Part shown: positions 13,604-24,487 of the stretch, piece by piece | How the letters are laid out: each line of letters begins with the position of its first letter | Position numbering within the stretch: the stretch's first letter is position 1 | Assembly: GCA_964016885.1 (NCBI GenBank) | Contig: OZ024742.1 | Coordinates: 235,166,001-235,230,000 of the forward strand | Direction: 5' to 3' | DNA from: Eledone cirrhosa | Lineage: Eukaryota | Length of the DNA stretch: 64,000 nucleotides | Made by a program: the position numbers and the translations under genes | The notes under the pieces: model-generated | What the model saw: the letters and a program-made list of their open reading frames with translations, nothing else | What the model was told of the DNA's origin: nothing | Database searches by the model: none

Positions 13604-13983
13604 CTGTTCAGATAACCATCCCATATGCTTTATCTCTCTTTGATTTGGTGCTGTGCTCATAATTTGGTTAGCCTCTATGATTGTCAGGGCTGTTAGTAAG
13701 ACTATATTGGAATAAATTGCATTGAACCAATCGTGAGCAGTGATGGCATCAGGAAAACGAAGGATACAGGAACTCTTGGTGTCAGGAGAATGAAGTTCAA
13801 TTGTTAATTTTTCAGGATCAGACATTTCATGATTTCTACAGAGATAGCACAGTTTCAATGGAATTGGTTTGGACTCCGTCCAATTAGATTTTGAATCATC
13901 TTTGATTTCTTGAGGGCCCCAGCCAATTTCACTGAGGGCAGAATTCTTTTTAAAATAAGGTGTAACTTCTCGAAGATATTTTA
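13604..13983 (-). CDS. SNTB1: Syntrophin coding exon 2: C-terminal half of PH1 and start of PH2
   Basis: (V)KYLREVTPYFKK...IPLKLCYLCRN...IELHSPD...WFNAI...IKHMGWLSEQ. Acceptor tttttaacag|TA completes the phase-1 codon G+TA (Val). Donor CAG|GTGAGA at 13604/13603. No further exons were recognised in 1-13600. Confidence 0.92.
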
Positions 13984-14199
13984 CTGTTAAAAATAAAACA
14001 AAAATATAATACAAAGTTTGGAAGTTATATATTCTAACATAGGCATTCTGTTCAGAACTTAAGATTTATATATCAAACCAAAGAGAATAAGAATGTCATT
14101 ATGATGCTACTGTTGTTGTTGTTGTTGTTGTTTAGCCACAAGAACAGAAAAAGGAAAGGTGCAGACTATGAGATTGAAGCACAGAAACTGTGTTTCCAT

Positions 14200-14458
14200 T
14201 GCTGATACTGTCAGCCAATTACAAAAAGCACCCAGCCCACACTCTAAAGTGGTTGTGTAGGTATCATGACAAAAAGCACCCAGTACTCACTGTAAATGTA
14301 GTTGACATTAAGAAGGGCATCCAGCTGTAGAAACCAAGCCAGAATCAGTTCTGTATGAGCAAGATATGGTCACCTGACCTAGTATTTCTCACAACAGGAC
14401 AACTCATCTAACCCATACTAGCATGGAAAAATGGACATTAATCGATGATGATGATGAT
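14200..14458 (+). mobile_element. Non-autonomous RTE-derived module (5'UTR-like hairpins + RTE 3' tail)
   Basis: AAAAGCACCCAG..CACTGTAAA..GAAGGGCATCCAGCTGTAGAAACC...CCCATACTAGCATGG...(GAT)n. Other copies near 10600-10835, 31120-31360, 37430-37720, 56975-57240 and 62700-62930. Confidence 0.75.
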
Positions 14459-14730
14459 TTGTTCATCAAACACATAAACACACTAACAACTATAACACCT
14501 CACATAATATTGCATTACTAGCTCCTCAAGAACACACCAGAGACACCTACTATAGATTGAACTATAGATTGAACTATTATTCGGGTTGTGTCCCCAAAAT
14601 CTCATTCAAATATCTTGCATCTGCATTCGATGATAAGTACAAACTAAGATTTTGCATTTTGCACCATCATGCAGTCTGCAGATGCTTTCTGTGCTTATGC
14701 CTTGAAACCTAAGATAGCATAATACATTAT

Positions 14731-15069
14731 CATCATCATTTCATTTTACGTCCGCTTTTTCCCTGCTTGCAAGGGTGGGACGGGAACTGATTCTGGCTTG
14801 ATTTCTACAGCTGGATGCCCTTTCTAACACCAACCTCATTTACAGTGTGGGCTGGGTGCTTTTTTGCCGTGGCACCTCCACGACCACTTTGCAGTGGAAT
14901 GATATGGACCCCCAGTCCCTATCATCTCATTTCTACAGCTGAGTAAACTGGAGCAATGTGAAATAAAGTGTCTTGCTCAAGGAAACAACACATCACCCGG
15001 TCTGAGAATTGAACTCACAACCTTTCAATTGCAAGGCCAATGCTCTAACCACTAAGCCATGTGCCTCCA
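14731..15069 (-). mobile_element. Young composite SINE: tRNA head + CORE-like segment + RTE 5'UTR module + RTE-A 3' tail
   Basis: Minus strand starts GGAGGCACATGGCTTAGTGGTTAGAGC, B box GAGTTCAATTC, and ends CCCGTCCCACCCTTGCAAGCAGGGAAAAAAGCGGACGTAAAATG. TSD AATACATTAT at 14721-14730 and 15072-15081. Confidence 0.88.
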
Positions 15070-15667
15070 TGAATACATTATGTATATATGTATATTTCAA
15101 GACTGGTTTGTAATTCAATGTAGAGAAAATAACTATCATCCATGAAATAGAGAATTCTCATTTCTTTTGCCGTTCTTTTTGATTATGTTGTATTAATATA
15201 CTAGAGTAATACCGGAGTGATAACTATAACATGAAATAATATCCCTAAAATTTCTTCTATTGATTAACACAAAGTTAAATGTATTTTGCATAAATAGCTT
15301 ATGATTTGATAGTAATCAGCTGACAGCCATCTATAATATATTTTTCACTGGTTCACCATAACTCATTTGCCTTTATATCAGGTCGATACCCTTTTGTTCC
15401 AGATTTTTCTCTTTCTTTTTAATACACACTCTGTGTTATTTGAATTCAACATTCCTTTAACAGTGTCTGTGCTGAACACACTAGGACTGTTTTTATAACA
15501 ATGTAGTTGTTCTAATGAAATCGTTTAATTATTTCTCTTAAGAAGTAACCATACAAGAGTCACATGTCATACTATAAGATACACATTAGAGTAGGTATGT
15601 TTACATAAACAATTGTTAGAAATAAAATGATGTAATTCCATCTTTGGTGTTTTGCATCACTATATAT

Positions 15668-16495
15668 ATCATCATCATCATCACAGTTTAACGTCTATTT
15701 TGACCATGCTTGCATGGGTTAGATGGGTCGTCCACATTATGAGACAAGTCTGGCCATCTGGCCGCATAGTACCTTGCTCAAACAGAACTGTATTTTGGCT
15801 GGGATTTTTACAGTTGGATGCCTTACCTAACACCAACCACATTTACAGTGAAGAGCTGAGTGGTCCTGTTATGAGACAAATTTAGCCAGTTGACCACGCC
15901 GTATCTGCTCACAGCAGGACTATAGTTGGAGATTTGGGTGGTCTCATTATGAGGGAGATCTGGTTAGTTGGCCATGCCATGTTTTGCTCATAGTGGAGAC
16001 GTGTTTGTGCTAGGAATTTACAGCTGCTGGATGCCATTTCTACCGCTAACCACGTTTACATTGAGGGACTGAGTGGCACCATTGTGAGACAAGTCTGGCC
16101 ATCTGGCCACGCAGTACTGTGCTCAGACGGAACTGTATTTTGGGTGGGATTTTTCCAGTTGGATGCCCTTCCTAACACCAACCACATTTACAGTCTGGAG
16201 CTGGGTGGACATGTTATGAAACAAGCCTGAACAGATGTCCGCACCGTACCTTGCACAAATCGAGACTGTGTGTTGGCTGGGTCTTTACAACTACTGGATA
16301 CCCTTTCTAACACCAGCCACATTTACAGTATGGAACTGGGTGGCATGGTTATGAGAAGGGTCTGGCCAGTTGGCTGCGCCATACTCTGCTCACATCAGAG
16401 CTGAAATTTGGGCAGTCCCATTATGTGGAAGGTCTGGCCAGTTGGCCACACCATGCTTTGCTCATTGTGTTACTGGGTGGTCCTGTTATGAGACA
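15668..16495 (-). repeat. Tandem array of the internal segment of the RTE-derived module
   Basis: About 7 diverged recurrences of 'ttatgagacaagtctggcca', four followed by 'ggatgcc..cctaacaccaaccacatttacag', with a single (ATC)n tail at the left end. Confidence 0.8.
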
Positions 16496-16520
16496 ATATA
16501 TATTTATATATAAAGATGAC

Positions 16521-16565
16521 TTCTACAGGACTAGACCTGTTTCATTCATATGAAATCATCAGGAA
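16521..16565 (-). ncRNA. Compact hammerhead ribozyme-like motif (probable Penelope-like/retrozyme relic)
   Basis: Minus strand: UUC CUGAUGA U-UUC-AUAU-GAA-U GAA ACAGG UCUAGU CCUGU A GAA. Both core boxes, a 5-bp stem III, a GUA site and a 3-bp stem I are present; the first stem II pair is U-U. Confidence 0.6.
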
Positions 16566-17759
16566 TGATCTGATGATAATATATATATATATATATATAC
16601 AGTTTCTGTTTCCCAATTTCATTCACATGGTATTGTCATCTAGAACAATAGAACTTGATACCGAGTCAAACTGATAGGGAATATTTGGCAGGATAACTGA
16701 GGTGCCAGTGAAAAAAGTCAACAGTTTGTATCATGTTCTCATTGTGTAACTGTTTGTGGCAAGTTCATTTAACTTACAATAAGCCCAATCTACCGAGTGA
16801 TAAGTTTCAAGGGTAAATAAAGCTTACTACTATTCAGTGTAGTAAGCTGATCCTAGAAATATGTAAATAGGAGAAAAAAGGTAGATTAAAGAATATGAGT
16901 AGAGGAAACAACAAAATAATTATGTACATTGCATTGGAAATAGGTCTTGACAATTTAGAACCACAATTATGACAATTAGAGATTATTTGGGGAGCATTTT
17001 TGTGGTAAAAAATTTGCTCCAATATTACTTCTTGTAAGTGAAGAATGTAATTGAAATGTAAAGATGTTATTTTGTCAGCAATAGTTATAATAGGAAATAT
17101 AAACAGTTTTCAATAAGCATCATTACAGCTTTTTATATATTTCAAAATGTTAAGGAAAAAAAGAGAAAGTAACTGATTTTAAAATTTCTTTGACATCAGT
17201 GACCATGTCAGTAAAAGTATGATGAAAATGTTGACATTATAAGATAAATTAAAATAGAATATAACAATTGTTGCATGTTTTGAAAATAGCTACCATGATT
17301 CTTATATGTTATATTCATATATATTTAACTCTTTCATTACTATATTCTGAACGAAAAATGCTTTTTATGATTTTCAATTAATTAAACATATTATTGGCCA
17401 GCTTTAGTAATATAACTAACTTTCTCATTATTAAAGTTGGTGATTAGAAAATAACTTTTAAGTGTTCTTACAAAATATTATAATGAAAGATTTCAATTTA
17501 AACATAAATTCTTTAAAACAAATAGTTTCTCATCACTTTCAGACAGAAAAGATGATAATTTACAATTTGGATGAAATGTTCTTCAATCCATAAAAGACTA
17601 ACTTTCTACTACTTCTCAAACTACACCACTTCTTTAGTCATACATTTCTATAGTTCTAGTGCGCACTTGTGATGTACAAAGGGCCTTTGATTATAGGTAT
17701 ACGTGAACAACTTGTAATAGTAAAAATAATAATAATAATAATTGTTTCTACTTTTGGCA

Positions 17760-17899
17760 TAATAATAATGATTTCTTTATTGGCCACAAGGGCTGACATC
17801 AAGAAAAACATTACAGACGGCACAGGACAGTACAATGTGGGTTTTGTGCATGTAAATATTTTTATTATTTATATAAGAAAAAGAAAAAGACATAGAAAC
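17760..17899 (-). mobile_element. Probable 3' terminus of the Tx1/L1-group LINE
   Basis: Minus strand ...CAGCCCTTGTGGCC AATAAA GAAATC ATTATTATT. Becomes contiguous with 20849 once the RTE insertion is removed. Confidence 0.65.
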
Positions 17900-17907
17900 A
17901 TATATAT

Positions 17908-20840
17908 GTAACACTAACTTCAAAAAACGAGACAATCACTTGATCACCTACAGATCAGGAGAACATACCAGCCAGGTAGATTATATCCTTACCAGAAGAC
18001 GTGACAGAGTGTCTGTTGTAAACACTAAATCCCTCCCCCATGAAGAATGCACCTCCCAACATAGACTGATAATTAGCGACCTCATAGTCAGGATGAGACG
18101 TACTAGACAGCAGAAGAGGACTATCCTCAGGAGAAAAATATGGAAGCTAAAGGATCCCACAGCCAAAAATAAATTTCAAAGCATATTACTTGATGCTTTC
18201 GACAGTAAGGAAGAGCAATTAGAGTCGTACAAAGTAGAGGAACAGTGGGAATTCCTGAAAGCAAACCTGCTGATGGCGGCAGACGAAATGTGGCTGGAGC
18301 AGGCAGAAGGAGAGTAACATAGTGGTGGAACAATAAGGTGGAGGGGTCAATCAAGGCCAAAAAGCAGGCTTGGAAAGTATGGCGGGATGGGGGAAGTAGA
18401 GAAGACTATCAAGTGGCCAGGAGGGAAGCTAGGAGACAAGTGTACTTCGCAAGAAGGGAAGCAGAGGAAAGAAAGTTCAAGCATGTTCTACAACGCGAGG
18501 ACCAAAAACGTGAGGTGTTCAGGATTGCTAGGCAATGTGTCAAAGAAAACCGTGATATTGTCAGGGAGAAGTGTGTACTTAACGATTATGGCGTACTTGC
18601 CATCACTGACGCTGATAAGAAGGTAGCTTGGAAGTGTCACTACGAAAGGCTACTAAATGAGGAGAATAAATGGGAGAAAGACAGTCTCCCCCACATCGAT
18701 CCAATAGAGGGACCAGCAGTGTTAGTCGAAGGTAGTATAATAAGTAAGGCAATCAAAGATATGAAGACGGAAATAGTTGCTGAGATGCTGAAAGCCTCCG
18801 GTACGGTGGGACACACCATGGGCACCCGGATAGTAAACCAAGTCATACAGAATGGGGTTGTTCCAAAGGACTGGCGTAGCAGCATCATCGTTAACTGTTA
18901 CAAGGGTAAAGGAGACGCCCTAGATAGGAGTAACTATAGAGGCATTAAATTAATCGACCAGGTCATGAAGGTCACGGAAAAAGTAATAGCGCAACTAATC
19001 AGAGAGAGAATTGATCTAGATGAAATGCAGTTCGGGTTTGTGTCAGGCAAAAGTACCACAGACGCTCTTTTCATTGTACGACAACTACAGGAGAAGTACC
19101 TAGCTAAAAGTAAACCCCTATACTTAGCTTTTGTTGACTTGGAGAAAGCCTTCGACAGAGTCCCCCGTTCCATTATCTGGTGGGCTCTTAGAAAACTAGG
19201 TGTTGACGAATGGCTTGTGAGAGCCATACAAGCCATGTATAAAGAAACAGTCAGCAAGGTTAGAATCAACAACGAATATAGTGAAGAGTTTAGCGTAAAA
19301 GTTGGTGTCCATCAGGGCTCTGTTCTTAGCCCCCTACTATTTACTATTGCCCTTCAGGCTATAACAGAGGAGTTCAAGACCGGCTGCCCATGGGAATTCC
19401 TATACACAGATGATCTAACGCTCATAGCTGAATCAATGGCCGAGCTAGAGAAGAAATTCCAAACATGGAAGCACGGCCTAGAATCAAAAGGCCTTAAAAT
19501 TAACCTGGCTAAGACTAAAGTTCTAGTTTGTAGGAAAGAAAATATGGCGGCAGTCCCATCTGGGAAATGGCCATGCTCAGTGTGTAGGAAAGGCGTAGGT
19601 AGAAACTCCATTTTATGTCCCAAATGCAAAGTATGGGTACATAAAAGATGTAGTGGGATCATAGGTAAGCTAACTAAGAACACAGATTTTACATGTGGCT
19701 GGTGCTCTGGTGCAATAAGTAGCAGCAAGTGCCCACAAAATACTAACTCTTTCAATTGCGCAGAGGGTTCTATAGAAATAGTGGACAGCTTCCGTTACCT
19801 GGGTGACAAAATCAGCAGTGGGGGAGGGTGCTCTGAAAGTACAGTAGCTAGAGTCAGAACTGGATGGAAAAAGTTCAGAGAGCTTATACCACTATTAGCC
19901 GCTAAAGGGTTCTCCCTAAAAATGAAAGGCAGGTTGTATGATGCCTGCATACGAACAGCAATGTTGCATGGCAGCGAGACCTGGGCATTGTGTGCAGAGG
20001 ATATACGCAGACTAGAGAGGAACGAAGCTTGCATGCTCCGCTGGATGTGTAATAGTAATATACGTGAACGGCAAAGCATAAACGAACTAAGGAAAAAATT
20101 AGAAATAAGAGGGATCAGATGTTGTTTACTCGAGAGAAGGCTACGTTGGTATGGTCACGTGATGCGCATGAAAGACGATAGCTGTATAACAAAGTGCAGG
20201 GCAATAAAGATAGATGGTAGCCACGGAGTAGGCAGACCCAGGAAAACCTGGGACGAGCTGATAAATTCTGACCTCACACACTTACACCTCTCCGAGACAA
20301 TGTCACTGGACCGAGACCTTTGGCGGTACTCAGTAACAGAGAAGACCCGCCTTACCTAAATACAAAGTAAAACCTACTAGTCAGTAGGCATCTCTAACAA
20401 AATACACCCCCGTCCCACCCCATCCACACCGCCCCCTTCAATGCAAAGTTATGTTGGTGCCACAACATCCAGGCCGAAACAAACGAGATCGTGTAGGTGT
20501 CACGACAAAAAAACACACAGTCCACGCTGTAATGTGGCAACACGGTAAAAACCTCCCAGTCCTACACTGTAAATGTGGTTGGTGTTAGGAAGGGCATCCA
20601 GCTGTAGAAAACACGCCAGACAGTCCACGCTGTAATGTGGCCGTGTAGGCAACACGGTAAAAACCTGCCAGCCCCACACTGTAAATGTGGTTGGTGTTAG
20701 GAAGGGCATCCAGCTGTAGAAAACCCGCCAGACAGTCCTATGCGAGCAAGACAACCACTCTTGCCTCAAGTGGGAAAACCCCTGTCCAAACCCATGCAAG
20801 CGTGGAACAGGGACGTTAAACGATGATGATGATGATGATG
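17908..20840 (+). mobile_element. 5'-truncated, young RTE LINE (subfamily B) with a 673-aa open frame and long modular 3'UTR
   Basis: Starts mid-APE (CNTNFKK..HLITY). RT has YTDD instead of YADD, an intact C4HC3 finger, stop at 20359 and a (GAT)n tail. ATATATAT on both sides (17900-17907, 20841-20848). Confidence 0.95.
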
Positions 20841-20848
20841 ATATATAT

Positions 20849-22930
20849 AAACAATAAAAATGAAAATTGAAACAATGAAAAATTCCCCAATAGGGGGGAA
20901 ACCTCCGAGGGTTACTCGTAGCAAAAACCACACAAAAGACCACGGCCACCATGAGCACCAGGGCAAGCGCCCTCTCTCAATTTTTCCATTTCTCAAACTA
21001 CAGGTGTATATTCAGAGCGGTCTCGTTCACTCGGACCATTCTCGCTACATTCACCCACCTTTCAACAAACTTGCTAGAAGGCAGCACTTGCCTCTCCACC
21101 CTGATTTTCCTCTTCAAGTGAAACTTGAAAAAGTTAATTAGGGATTCGCTGAAGAGGAAAGTATCTGTTTTTAACCCTTTCAACCTTGTTCACCACACAA
21201 TCTCTTACGCCATGGCCACCAGGCAGATGGAAACCAGCTGCCCTTCCACCTCGAAGGAAGACGGCGAGACCATCTGCACCATGGACTCAGTCGATAACCG
21301 GATCAGTCCTACACGCGACAGCAACTGTTCAACATAGCTCCACAAGTCAGCAATGCTCGGACACTGAACAAGTGCGTGCACGATGATTTCGTCGCTCTGC
21401 GCGCATCTCGGACAGGCTCGGCTGACGGCACTTCCGTGCCTGTGGAGCTTATCTCGAACCAGCAACGCTCCTCGGTAGCACTGCCAGGCCAGGGATTTTT
21501 GGAAGTTATCCATAGGCCCTAGGCTGAAAGTTCTCCAGAAGAGAGCAAACAGCTGATCTTCAACACCCAGGATCTCTCCAAGAACGTCGTCGCTCTTCCC
21601 CTCCACTAGTCTTCTATAGAACGCTGAGGTGGATGTTCCACCGATACTGGTGCCCAGCTGGCAGAGGGCAGGGAGCGCCTGGAGACATTCCAGTTTCCAA
21701 GCGCTATCCCTCGGTCTTTTCCTGACCCAGGACTGCAGCTCCGTCAAGGAGACGAGCTGTGGGAAAACGTGCCTGGCGAACGGCGACCACACCTGTTCAC
21801 CATCAAGGAAGCACCAGAGATGTCGCAGCTTCAGCGCATGTTTGCGCATCATCAGCCATGGCATGCCCAGTCCTCCACGCAATGGGTGTTGACAGCAGAT
21901 GGATCGTCTGACCATGGGAGCGCATCCCTTCCACAAAAAGCGGAAGAGGAGGCGCTCCATTTTGGTGAGAGTTGGGCCGGGGCAAGGGACGACGATGAGG
22001 CGGTAGCAGATGACGGATGCGATGTACGCATATGCCACCTCCGCCTGGCCTTTCAGGGACAGCTTCCTCTTGGCCCATTTCTAGGTGAGGGAGGCCACCT
22101 TGCTCGTCACCTTGCTCCAGTTTTTCTCCATCTGGAGGGCCGGTCCAAACCAGACCCCGAGCAATTTAACCAGTCCGTCCGTCCAACGCCCCACGATGCT
22201 GTCGGACGGCATGGAATTGCCTCTCCAGGTGCCGAGCTGCAAGCCCACCGACTTTTCCTGGTTTATCTTTGCTCCTGTCACCGCTTCGTATTCCTTGAGA
22301 GCGGTGCCGAGCATCTGGACGTGTCTGGTGCTCGACACCACCATGGTGACGTCGTCGGCGTAAGCCGATTCAGATTTCCCGCATCCTAGTTCGCGTGGGA
22401 CGCCCCTCATCGCCCCCAGTTTGTGCAGTAACGGCTCGAGAGCCAATACGTACAAGAGGGAGGAGAGGGGACAACCCTGGCAGACCGAGCGCATGATGCT
22501 GAACGGCTGCGACAGGTGACCGTTCACCCTTCACAATTGAGCAGATGTCGCTGTACATCGCAGCGATCCAACCCCTGAAAATGGGCCCGAAACCGGCTGC
22601 CTCGAGGACCGCCGCCAGGTACCGATGGTCGACCCTATCGAATGCTTTGGATTGATCCAAGTTAATCAGGGCCCCACCCATGCCAGGTTCCTTAACCACC
22701 CTCTCTCTATGATGTATCGCATGAGGTGGAGGTTGTCGTGTATGGATCTGTCCGGAATGGCGTATGTTTGCACCTCTCCCACCAGATGCTTAACGACAAG
22801 CACCAACCTCGTTGCTAACACCTTGGCCAAAATCTAGCAGGGTTATGGGCCTGAAGTTATCGATAACATCCCCCTTGTTCGGGTCTTTTGTCAGCAGCGC
22901 CACCGCTCCCCAGCTCACAAAACTGGAAAT
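20849..22930 (-). mobile_element. 5'-truncated Tx1/L1-group non-LTR retrotransposon (RT + CCHC knuckle)
   Basis: NFRPITLL, LDQSKAFDRVDH, QGCPLS, AYADDVT, KLLGVWF, CPRC-x7-H-x4-C (CPRCAQSDEIIVHALVQC). GC-rich relative to the flanks; frameshifted. Confidence 0.9.
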
Positions 22931-24487
22931 GATATAAAGTGAATGAATGGAAATAGAATTTCTACATGATTTTGTTTTTGAATTTTAACTTTTTGATATT
23001 TTACCCAGGCCAGAATATGTTATTTTTGACATTTTTCCAAAAACTGTTTTTAAAAAAAAAAAAAAATCAAATTTCATATATTTACTGGACCTATACTTTG
23101 CAAATTAAATTAAGACATACTAGTAGTTTTACACCTAATGTCATTTTAACAAACCAGCTAGAAATGACTACAGCTAAACCCTTTCATTACCATATTTCTA
23201 ATGAAAATTTTCAATTAATTTTGAAACTAATCTAGAATTTGCACAGATGTGGTAACATAACTGACATTTGATCATATCTATAACATAACCTAAATGTTTT
23301 TACATAAAATTTTGATGAAAGGTTTAAATTCAAATATGAACACTTTATAATAAATGGCTTAGTATCCTAAAACCCAGGCTGGTTTCAGGCAGTTTGTTAT
23401 CAGAAGGGTTAATAATTGTGAAAATGTTGAATATTCTACCCATTTTCATGAACAATTAATAGAAACATTCAATAGAGCAACAAATTAAAATTCATTTGTG
23501 GTAAATCAAATTTAAAAAAAACATTGATTACTTCAAATATATTGATAAAAAAATAACTGGGTAATGACTGAGATATTGAAGTTTCATCAATTTTGTAAAT
23601 TTAACATTTGTACTTTAAGGCCATTTTCCCTGCTAAATGAAACTTTGGTTTTTATTTCCTCCTCTATCATTTTAGCTATGTCTTTATTGCTCATCCCCTT
23701 CCTCTACTTCCTTACCCATTTTTTTTCATCATTCCTCTCACCCAGTCATTTTTATCCTTACTCAACTCATCCACCATTCATTAATGATAAACAAATGTTA
23801 AATTTTAGTAAAGAAGAACTGCATGATGACTAGAAATTTAGGAGGATTTTTCAAGGTCTCTGTTCATAATAACAGTGTAGGTTTGGTATTAGGTGTCAAG
23901 AGAGCATGTGGAATATTCAGGTGACTAAAGGGAGATACTATTTACATAGGAGTAAACAGTGTTGAAGGTGACAGCAAATAAGATATTAAAGTATATATGA
24001 GGTAGGGTATTGGGAACAAAACCAAATCTTGGTGCCCATCAGAGTTGATAGAATCATTGAGAGCTCCATCATCACATAACGCAGTGGTGAGATCTGACAG
24101 GAAACCTCCAATCTAAGAGATTAGAGATAAATAAACAGTTTTAAAAATATCTACTTTATACACTTTCCAAACATAATTTCTTGGATATAAACATGGGTTG
24201 GTTACAGCAACTGAACTACATAAATCATCTATCTGCCTTTAATGAAGTTATTCTAAATCTATTCTAATAGAGAATTTCTTATCACAGCTAAAATTTCATT
24301 GAACTTTTAAACAATTGTTAATATGGTGGAATACTATATATGCAATTAAATCAATTAATCTGATAGAAATCCTCATGGCTGCATGGTTAAGGAGTGCACT
24401 TCACAATCACAAGTGTCCTCTAGTTTAGTTTCAGGTTCACCAATGCCTTGTGAGTGAAGTTTGGTAAATGGAAACAGTAAAAGTTCA

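Noticed and set aside
14990-15069. tRNA gene
   Set aside because: It is a tRNA-derived SINE head continuing into a SINE body, enclosed by a TSD, with no proper acceptor stem.
15720-16495. CRISPR-like array
   Set aside because: Eukaryotic context, units are diverged retro-derived repeats with no unique spacers, and no cas genes.
18338-20359. 673-aa ORF as an active or domesticated RT gene
   Set aside because: 5'-truncated, frameshifted from its APE part, missing the GKAAGPS segment, and YADD reads YTDD; best explained as a young dead copy.
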